Shown one piece after another: positions 26,501-44,285 of a DNA stretch of 64,000 bases (position 1 is the first letter of the stretch; the number at the start of each line of letters is the position of its first letter). The notes beneath the pieces are model-generated. The model ran no database searches. It worked only from the letters and a program-made list of their open reading frames with translations, and was not told where the DNA came from. The stretch is from Hormiphora californensis. Taxonomy: Eukaryota > Animalia > Ctenophora. The position numbers and the translations under genes were made by a program. The stretch spans positions 5,952,001 to 6,016,000 of the forward strand of contig CM035350.1 of the NCBI GenBank assembly GCA_020137815.1, given 5' to 3'.

Positions 26501-27667
26501 AGTGATTGCTCCTTCCTCTGTTCAATCGAGAAGTTAACTCGTGATGGGTGGAGAATGGCAGGGACCCCCAAGTATAACTCGAAGAACTTGAGACTGTTCT
26601 CAAACTTGAGCTGTGGACTCGTTGTCTTTCCTGTAAACAGCATTGTTTTTCAGTTGTGAGCCTAGAGTGGCGTGGGGGCATCAAGAGTGCAGTAGAAAAA
26701 GGGAGGCTGTTGGCATTTGTTGTCATGTAAGGGGGGGGGGGTCATCCCTTACCCTACCCACAACCCCTTACTCAACATAAACTAACCCCGGGTTTGGTTC
26801 ACCCATTACAAAAACAATAATTGGCGTCTACCTGTTTGCTTGTCAAAACGGTCCGCATAGCATGGAAAATCTCGGTGTATAATTTTCCTGAAGGCATCCG
26901 GATCGGAATCCAGTAGGGATAAACCATCCTTAGGTTGAGTACTGACTCCCAGTTTATTAAAGAAAATGTTTAATGATTTCTCTCCCGTACTCCGGAGATA
27001 GGAGCACCTTTCAACCAGACCTTTCCTTAGAACAGCAACCAGAAGAGCAACTCGACTTGCACCTGGCCGAATTATTGTGCTAAAATCAAGCAATCAGATC
27101 GGTACCACTTCATGCTGTAGAACCTTCATAAGATATATTGGAATGTAACAAGATCTGGTAATATCACCTACCATTAGGAAGGCTGAAGTGCTTGTTCAGG
27201 TCTGACGAGCAACAAGCAGCAGGCACTGGTACATCCAACAGCCGACAGAGAGATGTTATCCGCGACGAATCTGCCAGATCTCTCTCCATGTACTCAATTC
27301 GTTCATCTGAACATAACAGACAACATGTGTGGTTATATCTAGACTCACGCAGATACAAGTGTCCTGCAAAATGTGAAATTACCGGCGGAGAGATACTTGT
27401 TTGCAACTTTGCACAACACATTTCCAAAGTAGGACTTGAAATCAAAATACAGACTCCGGTAGAAATCTAGGTCCTCGTCCTCGGTGGTGCACATATCGTA
27501 TTGGAAGTGATTATCCACCATGGCCTCGTATACCACCTATATAGTGAGGAGAACATGGTAATACAGTGTGGGTTGTTGTTACTATACTAGAATATTTACT
27601 ACACGTCATGATAGTAAATGGTGCATACACTTACGTTTCCATCATCTAGTCCTAGTTCATCAGCCAT
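23528..27667 (-). CDS. Highly divergent alpha-actinin-like protein B (multi-exon)
   Basis: CH-like IEYMERDLADSSRITSL, a helical spectrin-like middle, and a C-terminus IITDGAPYISETRLQ...VYDATRF resembling the Ca-insensitive EF-hand. Exon boundaries only partly resolved. Confidence 0.5.
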
Positions 27668-27801
27668 CTTTCTAACTAGGGCAGGGGAGGATTAGTTTTA
27701 GAGGGAGTCGGGGCATGGGAAGTGCAATACAAAGCGATTACAAGATACACAAGAAAATAATTTACACGAATGGTTACAAAATACAACTCCTCTACGAGTC
27801 T

Positions 27802-32662
<4,861 letters not shown>

Positions 32663-32821
32663 CCTGAAATGTGTTAATAATTACACAACAGTTACCCTCA
32701 AATCAAATCGTGATAATTAGAGCTTTAGACACAATACTGATATAATACAATATTACAGAATCAAATATACATAGTTAATAATTAATTAATCTTTCCTTAA
32801 TAATAATAATCCTAACTGTCT

Positions 32822-35293
32822 CTAACTACACTCCATGGCTTCACACAGTGGAAATTCTGTAAACTTGTCGCTATACTGGTCTGAATCCTTGACAATCAGC
32901 GGAGCCTCATCATATTCATCAAAATTAGCGGTGTCTCCAGGGCTCTCTAACTCCGGGATAAAGGGTGCCTTGATCTTCTGCTCGAAAATATCTGACATAT
33001 TTAACCGCCTGAAATACGTACTATTAGCCAATGTTCCGTACTATAATAAGTCAATACTCCGTACTATGTATTAGTCAAGGTTCTGGTCTATCTATAAGTA
33101 TCTCCTTGAAATGCGCTAAATGGCTAAGAAAAAACAGAATTGGCTTACTTGAAGAAGTTGTGTTCAGCAATTTCCTTGGGCCCAAGCCGGAGATTTCCGA
33201 CTCGCTTGGTGGGGTCGGTAACTAACAGAGATCTAATAAGCTCCTTGCAATCCTTTGTTAGCTTGCACGAGAACCGTACCTTCGCTTCTAACGCCTGGGA
33301 TACATAGTTGTAGAGATATCTATCAAGATTGAAATACAAAAAGCAAAACAAACACAGATTTTGATGTTAATACGCATTTAAACAAAATGAATCACTTCCA
33401 GAATTAATTTATCCTACAATGTTGGGCAATTTTTTTCTTTTTTCCTACAAGACCACATTAGTTTGCTACCACACCAAAGCCTAGGACAGTGGAAAATATG
33501 AAGAGAATGATTTATTAGTATTCATAGCGGTGGGGACTAGGAAAGATCTTTTCGTCAGTCCTTTCCAATCAGCGTGGCCAACTTTTGGAACGTAGGGTGC
33601 CTTCACTCGCATAGATAGTAGTGATTTCCAAGGAACTTTAGAGAAAAAACGGTGCTTTTTGATATCAAAAGGACCACCACATAGATTTCCGAGCCGTTTT
33701 GTAGGGTTTGGTTGAAGAAGCTGCTGCATGAGATCGCGTGCGTCTTCAGAAACGTAGTCAGGAAACTCAATATCCACCTCCAATCCCTGCAAGAATCGGT
33801 TTTAGCAATTTGGGTCAGTTCAGGAAATCCGAAATGCATTAATTCAAAGTTCAAACCTCAAGATTAGCTTCCAGCGCCTTGGACAGTTTCCTTGGAAGCG
33901 ATGTTGGATTTGATTCCTCGTCCACAACTCCAATGTTCTCGCTGGACCGCTTTGAGATGCCGATGTCCTTGACATTTTCATCGGTGTAGAATCGTGATCG
34001 GTTGAAACGTACTCCTCGTTGTATCATCCTCATCTCGTGTCGTCGCTGTAACCATTCCTGGGCTGGCTGTAAGCACTACTGACAAAACACGACCACTAAC
34101 TTACCTGTTTATAGATTTCCATTGGATTCTCTGAGTAAAAGGGAGGGTGTCCACAGACCATCTCGAAGATCAGCACACCAAACGCCCACCAGTCAACTGC
34201 TCGATGGTACCTGTTCGGATATAATATGAATGTGAAAATAAGAACTGAATTTCGGGAAAATATAGTACTAAAACTGCATGTATCATTACTCACCCTTGAC
34301 AAAGAATAATTTCAGGGGCCAAGTACTCTGGTGTTCCACACAGAGTGAATGTCCTTCCTAAGCAGCGCTTTGCAAACCCAAAATCAGTGATCTTCAGATA
34401 GCCGTTTGCAGCAAATAGGATGTTTTCAGGCTTGAGGTCACGGTAGAGAATGTCCAGATTGTGAAGGTACGCCAGGGCAGACATGACCTGAAATATATGT
34501 GGTGTGGAGAGGATGAAGTGATAGATCTTATTGATTTGATTTGAAAAATATTAACTAATAAAAGCATGTTCACACAATAATGATTTAATTTAATGAAAAT
34601 AATATGACCACCCCCGAACCCTTCCCCTTGTCAGTAGTCTGTGTCAGTATGGGACTGGGCAACAACTTTTAAGTTTCAAACATTCCTAACACAACTCCAA
34701 ACCCATCAACGACTATTATCATGCTCAACCTCAAGAACATATGGATTACTATAAGTTGTATGTATTATACCTGTGCCCCGTAAAAAGATGCCGTTATCTC
34801 GGGAATCCGGCCGACGCTTCTTAACAAGGAGAAGAGTTCCCCGCCCGCAACAAACTCAAACACCATGTACAGGTATGCGTTATCTTGCCCAAACTGTAAG
34901 AGGTTAACAAGGAACTCCATCGGTGGGATAGTAGCCATAACTTTGTACTCTGAGTATGTGTGGTCCAGCTGGGGGAGGGGTTAGTGTTAGTGATCGAAAA
35001 AACCATCAGCGCTTAGAATAGCATACCTGGTCTTTCTCTATAATGCAGTCTTTGCTCAAACACTTGACTGCCATAAAGTCCTCGCATCCCTTTTTGTTAC
35101 AGACCATCACCCTTCCAAATGATCCCGTTCCGACAGTTTTAAGCAACTCATGGTCAACCACATCAAAGTAAGGGACGAGCTGTTCATTTTTAGCCTTTAA
35201 CTCCCATTTGCTTTCAAAAGATTCCTTTGTACTTTTGAAGAAAGCCTTTATCTGATCGTCTTCAGAACCAGTGCTTGTGACAACATTACCCAT
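32822..35293 (-). CDS. PKA-C: cAMP-dependent protein kinase catalytic subunit-like, with two alternative C-terminal exon sets
   Basis: MGN start, [68 protein letters not shown]. Confidence 0.9.
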
Positions 35294-35385
35294 TCTTAAA
35301 AAAAGAACTTTATTAATTTAATCAATCGCTTTTCAACGAAAATTAAATTACAATAAATTACCCACTGAAACTTGCCTAAAGTCGG

Positions 35386-35790
35386 ATTTTTTGAAACTGT
35401 CACCCCCCTTTTCGTGTGCGGAATGTTTTTGCGCGTCACATCACATGTTAACGTGTGGTGTGCGCGTCAAAATTGATAAATTTCACATGCGCGGTCATTT
35501 TGGGGTGACAGTTTCAAAAAATCCGACATTAGCTAGACTCTGTTTCGTGCGCCCTGCAACAAACTGAAACCGCGAGACGTGAACGAGGGAACGTCCGGTA
35601 AAAAAGCAGCACTTTTCAAATAAATAAATAATAAGTAAATAATATACTCCATTTTTTCAACTGTTCATCCCCAAAGTCGTGTGCAGAATTGTTTTGTGCG
35701 TTTATCACAGTACATGTTAACGTGTAGCGTGCGCCACAAAAATTCTAAATTTCAGTTTTTGGGGGAACAGTTGAAAAAAAAGGACTTCAA
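35386..35790. mobile_element. Two short related MITE-like inverted-repeat elements (about 35386-35530 and 35650-35780)
   Basis: gtcggattttttgaaactgtcacccc / ggggtgacagtttcaaaaaatccgac and ttttttcaactgttc / gaacagttgaaaaaa; both share an internal catgttaacgtgt. Confidence 0.5.
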
Positions 35791-36559
35791 ATAAATACGA
35801 CAATACACTCCCTCCCTCACTATCTCATACTATAAAATCCTCTTCTACAAAGTTAACAACCACTGGTACAGGGTAAATGTTTCTTCGATCGCCCCTAATC
35901 GCAAGAAGGCATGCTCTCAGTAATACACATCTTAGGCGAGTTCTCAAATGGCTTACTATCTCAATGTACTGTTCTTCTGTCCTATTCACCACTCTCCCTG
36001 CCACCTTCTCGAACTCTCTTCCAACTCCTCCCGAAGTACTCATTACCAGTGGTGTAAAGGTACCTCTAGTGGAAGCTCTTACGGTATTCCCACGACTGTG
36101 GGAAAAGAGAGATAGATAGAAATACTAAGATAACAATAACAATAACATTTAAAATATTTAAATCGCTTTTGAGCGAAAAGTGTTTATCTCGATCGACTTA
36201 TATTAAAGCGTCCTTTCGATCAAAACTCGCTTTCTAAAGCGCATCTTCTTGTGATGTACTTTGAAAAGTCATTTGGAAGTTAAAAGGTTAAATAAAAATG
36301 ATGTGTTGTGTCATCTTACACACACTCTATTAATCCCTTTCTTAGTCTATATTGTTTATCTGAATTTTCACTCCTTAATCTTTTCAGGGACTCAAGAGTT
36401 TTACGTCTCAACTCCCTCTCCTCAAATGTCCTGTCCGGACCAATGTACACATTATGAAAATTATCCGACTGTCTCAGCTCCTTTGCCTTCTTCAACAAGG
36501 TTAACAGATTCTCCCTCGACGACAGGGTGGCAATCATTGGCCGAGTCTTGTTCTCAGCT

Positions 36560-39500
36560 GACTTTGTGAGTATTGATGCTGACCTTGCAGCTACTGATTG
36601 GGACAAACTGCTTGTTGAGTGTGAGGATCTGGGTGATGAGGATGGCTCATTGTTTGTGGAAGCTGTTCGAGACAGAGTGTTCAAGGTGGTTAAGTCACAT
36701 TGCCGAGTGAAGAAAATGCGAAAGGACTTTGTAGACAAAGAACTCAGGCATTTGACTAGTAGGAGGCGTAAACTTGATAAACGTAAGAACGATTCAGTAA
36801 AGTGGAAATCGGTGATGGATTGTTTAATTGGGAAAATTAAGTCCCACCTGATATCAAGGGACAAGAAAGTGGAAAGGAAGGCTGTGGGTGCTATCAAGGA
36901 GAACCCCAAGTACTTTTATACTCACGTTAAAAAGAACTCTAAGGTTAAATCATCAGTTGCCCCCCTTGAGCGTGCGGATGGTTCCTTAACTGTGGACCCC
37001 CTGGAGAAGGCTAACCTACTTCAACATCAGTTTGCTAGTGTCTTCAGCAATCCGGCGGCTATCGATCCCTCTGTGGCAGCGGGTAACATTGAGGACCTTG
37101 GTGAGATCCTGACGACCATGAACTTTTCCCAGAATTGTATCCGGAGTGCACTAGAGGAGCTTAATCCCTTTTCGGCATCACCTCCAGGCTGCATTCCTTC
37201 ATGCATTCTGAAACGATGTAACAGCAGCTTGTCTTATCCTATATGGATGTTATGGAACAAGTCATTTGCAGATGGGGCTGTTCCAAATTGTTTAAAGCAG
37301 CAGTTCATAACACCAATCTTTAAGAAAGGGTCGAAGTCTACGACGGTAAATTATCGCCCTGTGTCGATCACCAGTCACTTATCGAAGGTGTTTGAGCGGT
37401 TAGTCAGAAAGAGAATAGCTGATTATTTGGACGAGATGCAGTTGCAGAGTGAAACGCAACACGGTTTTCGAAAGGGACGTAGTACTATGTCCCAACTGTT
37501 ATCTCATGTCGACTACATCCTAACCGAACTCTGTGGGGATAGAGAAGTTGATGTACTCTATTTAGATTTTTCTAAAGCCTTTGATTCGGTGGATATCAAT
37601 GTGTTGCTAGCAAAGTTGAAAAGGTACGGGATTGGAGGAAAACTTCATCAGTGGATCAGTGCGTGGATCCTGGGCAGGCAGCAGTGTGTGATGGTGGATG
37701 GGGTTAGGTCACCATGGGTGGAGGTGCTCAGCGGGGTGGCACAGGGTAGTGTCCTGGGCCCTCTCCTCTTCCTTATTTATATACTGGACCTGGAGTCTGT
37801 ACTGGATGGCAGTAAGTGTCTCACCTTTGCGGATGATACCAAGTTAATGAAAGCCATAACAGATATCGTTGATCAGGAGGGTTTACAAACTGATCTTTTG
37901 AGGGTTACAGAATGGGCCAAGATAAACAATATGGTGCTACATGATCAGAAATTTCAACTCCTGAGTTACAGATTGAACAAGTCGGCAATCTACAAGGAAT
38001 TCCCTTTTTCAGTTGACATATGTTCGTATACCACAAAATCTGGAGTACAACTGTTTCCTGAAGCTGATGTCCGTGACTTGGGTGTCCAGATGTCCTCGGA
38101 TGGTTCTTGGTCTAAGCACATTGCCATCATTGTGAGGAGAGCCTCTCTTCTATCTGGGTGGATTTTCAGTGTTTTTCGAGATCGTTCACCAGAGGTAATG
38201 TTGCAACTCTTCAAATCACTGGTCAGACCAATTTTGGAGTATTGTTGTCTGGTCTGGGATCCGTCAAAGTCTGGGGACATCAAGTCAATTGAGAACGTCC
38301 AAAGGTGTTTTACCAGAAGACTTGATGGAATGCAGAATCTCGACTATTGGGAGAGATTAAAAGTTCTCAACCTGATGTCTCTTCAACGTAGGAGACAACG
38401 TTACATGTTGATACATGTGTGGAAGACGATCCATGGGTTTGTTCCGAATTCTGCAAACCTTGTGCAGGGCCCACGACACGGAATTTTTCCAGGGGGGGCC
38501 GGTGCGGAGCACCGGAATTTTTGAGATGCACACGCGACGACGGTGCCGCGAAGCGGCGCCGGAGGAGCAGCGGCAGTGGGTTTGGGGGCCGCAGGCCCCC
38601 AATGGGGTCCAGGGGTGAAGCCCCTGGTGGGGGTCTAGGGGGCGAAGCCCCCGGAAAAATTTTAGACTTTTTATCCGATTTTCACACATTTTAGGCATTT
38701 AGAAGTCCATCTCCACCTTCTTTCTGTTTACGTAGAACCTGTATGTCTCGAAGGGGGCGCCGGAGGAGCAGTGGCAGGGGGTTTGGAGGCCTCAGGCTCC
38801 CTATGGGGTCTAGGGGGCGAAGCCCCCGGAAAAATTTTAGACTTTTTATCCGATTTTCACACATTTTAGGCATTTAGAAGTCCATCTCCACCTTCTTTCT
38901 GTTTACGTAGAACCTGTATGTCTCGAAGGGGGCGCCGGAGGAGCAGTGGCAGGGGGTTTGTAGGCCGCAGGCTCCTAATGGGGTCAAGGGGTGAAAATTT
39001 AGACTTTTTAACCGATTTTCACTCATTTGAGGCACGTAGAACCTGTACATATATGCCTTGGAGGGGGCGAAGCCCCCGAAAATTTAGAATTTCAATTGAT
39101 TTTCATGCATTTTTTACATTCTCTACGAAATATTTCAATAAAATTCCCATGTTTGGTAAATCCCAGGGGGGGGCCCGGCCCCCCCTGGCCCCCCCGGTGT
39201 CGTGGGCCCTGTTGTGTTCCAACACAGTGCAAGGCTGGGTATGAGGTTAGTTCCGCCAATGTTTCCACATCGGGCTGAGACCTGGAGAGCGAATCAGTAC
39301 CATTCTTCCTTCGGACCGAGAGCTGCTCACCTGTGGAACAGGTTGCCAGCGGCCGTTAACTCTTGTGGAAGCTTAGGTCAATTCAAATCATCCCTGGGCA
39401 ATTACTTGACAGGCTTTTATGACCGTCCCCCTGTCAGAGGCTATCCATCACTTCCAAATGATATTTCCCCTCAATGTGCTGTTCATGTCTGAGAGTGGCT

Positions 39501-39597
39501 GAGAGGTGATACGTGTTTAATTTATTTAGGTGGACCCACTAAGGGAAGGCCTGTTGTGTACACTAAAACTTTTATTGTAAACTTGTAAACTTGTAAA
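36560..39597 (+). mobile_element. 5'-truncated CR1-group LINE (reverse transcriptase)
   Basis: PIFKKG..NYRPVSITS..QHGFRKGRST..LDFSKAFDSV..GVAQGSVLGPLLF..FADD; (TTGTAAAC)n tail; CAGCT TSD at 36555-36559 and 39598-39602. Confidence 0.93.
38465..39211. mobile_element. Non-autonomous DNA transposon inserted in the LINE ORF, with internal tandem repeats of about 180 bp
   Basis: TIR cagggcccacgacac / gtgtcgtgggccctg with TTGTG TSD; removal restores ..ANLVFQHSARLG.. Confidence 0.85.
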
Positions 39598-40764
39598 CAG
39601 CTTTTGCTCCAACACGCTTCACGTCGGTGAGTTTCATCCTTTCATTCAACTCCTCTAAAATTTTTTCTACTGCTTTACAGTCCTCTTTAGCAGTGGCGGC
39701 TGTATCAGCTGAACCCTTCTCCTCCTCAAGATTGAAGATCATAAGGTTACAGCTCCTGTCAACTTCATCTGTGATCGGTGCAACCGATTTCTTGAGCACA
39801 TTCTGTAACTTAGATGGAGCAATAGCAGCAGCACAATTAGTCGAAATGACTGTGGAGAACGATTTCATTTCTCTCTTGACAGTGTCTGTTACAGCTTTAG
39901 CAGCAGAGAGGCCCTCATCCTGAAGATCAATCACTTTTTTCTGCAACTCAATAACCTGCTTCTGACACTTTAGCAACTCCTGCTCCAAACTTCGAACAAC
40001 TTTCGAGTGTTCAATCTACATTTCTTCTGCCGATTTCGATCTGAATTGGTTAGTTCTGACTTGCGAGAAACAGTAGCCACACAACCATGTCAATTCTCGG
40101 GCGATATCTACATCAGCAGGAAATTCTGTTTTCGCTGTCTTGCATAATAAGCAGTTCACCGTCTTCTTTGGCGACATCGCTGAAAGGTGAGGTGGGGGGT
40201 TGCCGCCACCTCAATAAATAGTTTTACGTTGTAGTTGATGAAAGTTTGAGAGGAATTTCTCTCTCTTAATATTTCTATCTATCTCTCTTTTCCCACGGTC
40301 GTGGGAATACCGTAAGAGCTTCCACTACTCCCTTAACCTCTCTAACTCTTTGTTCGTAGGCCTGCACTTTTCTTGGCAAACGCTGCTGAGTGCTGGCGCA
40401 GGATAAGGCAGCGGGATAAGGCAGCGCTTTTCAAGCACTTTTCAAATTTTTTTTTTTTTAACTTTTCAAACGTTTCGGCTTTTTTTAAAACTCAGCAAAT
40501 GCAAAGATTCTGAGGCGCGCGATTCAATTTGCACCGGTTTGATGTCAAACTTTCGCGCGTTCCACAACTTGCGTCCCACAATTTCCGTTAAAAACTTTCA
40601 ATATTGTATGCGCGGCGTAAATTCCGTCACGTCCGTATTCAAACTTTTCGTAAAAAATCAAATGTTCAAAATTGTTTTCTAATTTTCTTCGTACCTTGAC
40701 TGTCCCACAGGTCGGAGCCCGGAATGCTAATTTCCTAAACTAGAGTGCTGGTTAATGGGACAAT

Positions 40765-43064
40765 ATGTTTTCCGAATCAGTTTGCGGTCCAATCTGCCAA
40801 CACCCAGCGTGTTGGAAAGCGAAACACACTCCCCCGAGATCCGCCTCTCCAGATTTTATCGCCACTTTAAAGAAACCAGAGCCTGAACTTCCTACTCTTT
40901 CAATCAATCCTCTAGAGCCAGATTCTTTCCAGAGACATAAAGCTCTACCTCCAATCCGAGATCACGGGACAGGTCATGGCTACGTCAAACCGCTGTACTC
41001 CGAGATGAAATTGAGTGAAGCCCCCGTGCCTCGTGTTAGTCACATCATAGTTCAGGCTGGGTTCCAATGTTACACTCAGAAACGTTGGATCTGGCTACCT
41101 TCAATTCACAGTGATAGACCCAACATTGCAAAGGGGCTTCCCAAAGCACACATCAAGGATTTGACAAATGACATGCTACCATCTCGACCTGGTACGACGA
41201 GACATGCCCGTACCTCCCACACACGGACAATGAATGCTCGGCCAAGGGGACACAGTTATTTGGACCTGGTTAAGAAGTTGGGCCATCTCAACCTACTCGA
41301 TCTGCCCCACTACCTACAGGTCAAGATGTTGGAGAATGTGCAATTGAGACGTCTCCTGACAACTCACCCGATCGATCACATTCCAGCTGGAATTGTGCCA
41401 GAGAGTGCTCTTTTGGACCTTATGAGATACCAGATGTCCCCCCAGCTACCTACCAACCCTGCCCTGGAGGGTGTGGGGATATTCTTCGATCCGCCTGATG
41501 ACATGGCATCAAAACAAGAGGTAAGCCGATACAGGAATCTATCCTGAGGAGAGTGGTTAAATTTTCGTGAATGTCACTACTCAGTACATGTATTATCAGT
41601 ATCATGTTACCAGTTGTCACACACGTCACTCCCTCCTCAGCCGAAGCAGTTGATAATGCCCCAGCGACGGTGTGCGGGTGCTCCTGAGCCAAGTACATAC
41701 GTTCCCACAATGAGACGAGAGATAGAGCCCTCTGACTTGCCGCTACCTGAAGTGCGACCCGCGGGTAGACCCGATTTTAGGGAGTATGTTATGAGCAAGA
41801 GATCCTCTACTGGCTCACCAGTTATAGATTTACCCCAGGTAACTCAGCTTCCTTTCTCTGATGTAATCTTCCTGTATTACATTAAACACAATCTAACCAT
41901 TTGAATATCTGATACTACATCTAATTAGGGATAAACTGCCCCCTTGCTCCCGTTTTTAGCTACCCCACTACTTGCAGGTTGATGATATAAAATCCACGAC
42001 TACGGCTGGTATTGACAGTATAAAGTGTTCCTCTTCCCGGGCAACTACAGAGAAGCCAGAGGAGGGCAGTACTCGGGCAGGGGAAGAAGAAGAGATAGAG
42101 GAGGAAGATGAAGAAGAGAGGAAGATTGAAGTGACACAGAGTCTTGATATTGTATTACCAGCAGATGAGCATGGAATCAGGATCCCCTCAGCTATTGAGG
42201 AGGGTGATGATTTAGAATTGATGGCCATTACAGGATCCCTACCACCCACCCGAGACAGCTGGAGACATACCTCTTTCTCAACTGTGACACCTCTATCTGC
42301 CACCTTGCCTCACGAGAAGACTCTGGTACGTGTTTAATAGTCAGCATGGGTACGTGGGGGTGCTTTGTTTGTTTTTGAAGCTGAGTCACATATTTGTATC
42401 GCTAATAATATCAGCTTCAGGCGCTGAGATTCTTTGTTCCTTTGTTCCTCACCTCTTTCTAACTAACATGATGATTATTATCTCTCAGGCAATGACGCCA
42501 CCACTCGAGACGAAGACTGCTAGCTGTGATCCGAGTGTAGAGGGAGGTCGGAGTGATGCTGCCTCCCCCTCCCTGATCCCGGCCCCCACCTGCACCCCCA
42601 CCAATGAGCTATTAGAACAGGATATGGAGGGAGGAACACCCGGCCAGGAGGGAGTGTCACCCGGCCAGGAGGGAGTGTCACCTTCTGGAGAGGGAGTGTC
42701 ACCTTCTGGAGTAGAGGATGAGGAGGAGGTGTCAAGTGACCAGCCTGCATACAGTGAACTATCACCCACGGGTGATACATCACCTTCTAAAAGTGGTGAT
42801 GTGTCACCTACCAAAAGTGGCGATGTGTCACCTACCAAAAGTGGCGATGTGTCACCTACCAAAAGTGGCGATGTGTCACCTACCAAAAGTGGTGATGTGT
42901 CACCTACCAAAAGTGGTGGCGAATTAGGTGATTCTGTTGAGGTTACACTACAGGGAGATGAAGGTGATACACCCGCCACTGAAGATGAAACACCTACCTC
43001 TGAACCAACAATTAAATCTCCTGTAGCTGAGACTCCTGCAGAAATCGAGGAAGCAGACTCCTGA
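40765..43064 (+). CDS. Multi-exon protein with a C9orf43/DUF4647-like N-terminus and an acidic, SP-repeat C-terminus
   Basis: ICQHPACWKA..LPTLSI motif; plausible GT-AG exons near 40765-41520, 41641-41838, 41978-42326 and 42489-43064; 21- and 24-bp coding repeats. Confidence 0.55.
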
Positions 43065-43414
43065 AAACAGCTCACCATATGAAACAGTCATATGTATGAT
43101 ATATAATATGGTACACACAGTAATATTTTGATAAAACATTTTTACCCCTCGCTCTATTTATCCTTTTTTTACTCAAGAGTCATTTTGTCAGATAACAGAG
43201 AGAAAGAAAGAGTTGTATATATATATTTTGTACATGTACAGATTGTATTTAAATCAGATGTAAATATTGTAACGCGATTAGTTTGCATGATTGTACTCCT
43301 GTAAATTTTAAAAGTGAGACCTTCCTTTTAATTTACCCTCTTCAGTCCTCAATATATATTTCCCTGGCCCCTCTCTCAATCCTTCCCTCCTCAATCCCTC
43401 CTTCCTGTTTTAGT

Positions 43415-44215
43415 ATGGATATTGTACGTGCGTACTTTCTCGGGCTGAAGGACAATGTCAAGTGCTGCGGGAGAACGGTAACTCTCATCAGATCTGAACC
43501 CGCAATTAGATCTAAACTATTGGAGTGTTTCCTGCTCAATGGTCTAGTATTCCTCCTCTCCCTCATGCTGTTCGACTGGTTGGTGGTTCCTGTTGTCCTC
43601 TTCATAGCACCCTCTCACACCTCCCACTGGCTCTCCCTCGTTCTACAGACACTCTTCAGACTGCTATGGGTCCTTCCTCTCTACCTCATATCCAGGTTAC
43701 TCAACGTGTTCTGGTTCCAAGAGATAGCAGATATGGTTTACAGGGCGGTGAAAAGAAACAAGACGAGGAATGTAGCACCCTCAATAAGTGCTATAATAGC
43801 AGACATAGTGTACAGTGTGGTGGTTCAGAGTGTATTCCTAGTTCAGGCAGGTATTGCCAGCTCCCTCCCAGTCCTGGGTTACCCCCTCAACCTGTTACAC
43901 ATGTCCCTCGTGTACTCCATGTATGGTTTTGAGTATCTCTGGTTTAATCAGGGTATCGGTGTCAAGACGAGGGTGTCCCTGATACACCGTCACTGGCCCT
44001 ACTACGCCGGATATGGGACCCTCATGGCGGTGGGTGTGTCTGCACTGGACAGTTACTTCATGGGTGTCTGTGTGTTTAGTATCATGTTTCCCGTTCTCAT
44101 TGTAAGTGCCCATTTTGCGGGACCCACCACTGACCTCAACAAGTGCACCCCCTTACCCCTCATTAAACCAAGTATAATGATCACTGAGCAGCTTGTAAAG
44201 TTCATGCGCTGCTAG
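43415..44215 (+). CDS. EI24: EI24 autophagy-associated transmembrane protein (intronless CDS)
   Basis: CFLLNG, LWVLPLYLISRLLNVFWFQEIAD, HMSLVYSMYGFEYLWFN, WPYYAGYG. Confidence 0.88.
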   Translation: MDIVRAYFLGLKDNVKCCGRTVTLIRSEPAIRSKLLECFLLNGLVFLLSLMLFDWLVVPVVLFIAPSHTSHWLSLVLQTLFRLLWVLPLYLISRLLNVFWFQEIADMVYRAVKRNKTRNVAPSISAIIADIVYSVVVQSVFLVQAGIASSLPVLGYPLNLLHMSLVYSMYGFEYLWFNQGIGVKTRVSLIHRHWPYYAGYGTLMAVGVSALDSYFMGVCVFSIMFPVLIVSAHFAGPTTDLNKCTPLPLIKPSIMITEQLVKFMRC

Positions 44216-44247
44216 CAATGAGAGGGAGTTGAGGTCGTCATATTCCG

Positions 44248-44285
<38 letters not shown>

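Larger units (their letters stand above)
36131..40177 (-). mobile_element. ORF1-only retroposon (Zn-finger remnant, coiled coil, ORF1 domain; ORF 40177 to 36316) interrupted by a CR1 LINE
   Basis: MSPKKTVNCLLC..WLCGYC..(one stop at 40016-40018)..DRSCNLMIFNL..KRVGAKA^ENKTRPMI..VYIGPDRTFEERELRR; (TTGTTA)n tail at 36131-36146. Confidence 0.7.
36067..40327. mobile_element. Academ-like TIR element (TAG...CTA termini) holding nested retroelements
   Basis: About 60-bp TIRs tagtggaagctcttacggtattcccacgac...; 3-bp CTC TSD at 36064-36066 and 40328-40330. Confidence 0.75.
35790..40370 (-). mobile_element. 3' fragment of a CRE-like (restriction-like endonuclease) non-LTR retrotransposon, split at 36067-40330
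   Basis: Joined flanks read RKVQAYEQRVREVKGGTFTPLVMSTSGGVGRE..LRTRL..RG.R, the same motif as 48469-48887. Confidence 0.7.

Noticed and set aside
33851-34070. Third alternative PKA exon (..[11 protein letters not shown])
   Set aside because: It has no clear kinase subdomain X-XI similarity and would need an implausibly short intron; unresolved without RNA data.
36316-36909. Overlapping antisense gene pair with the RT ORF
   Set aside because: The ORF is chimeric across the LINE insertion junction at 36555-36560.
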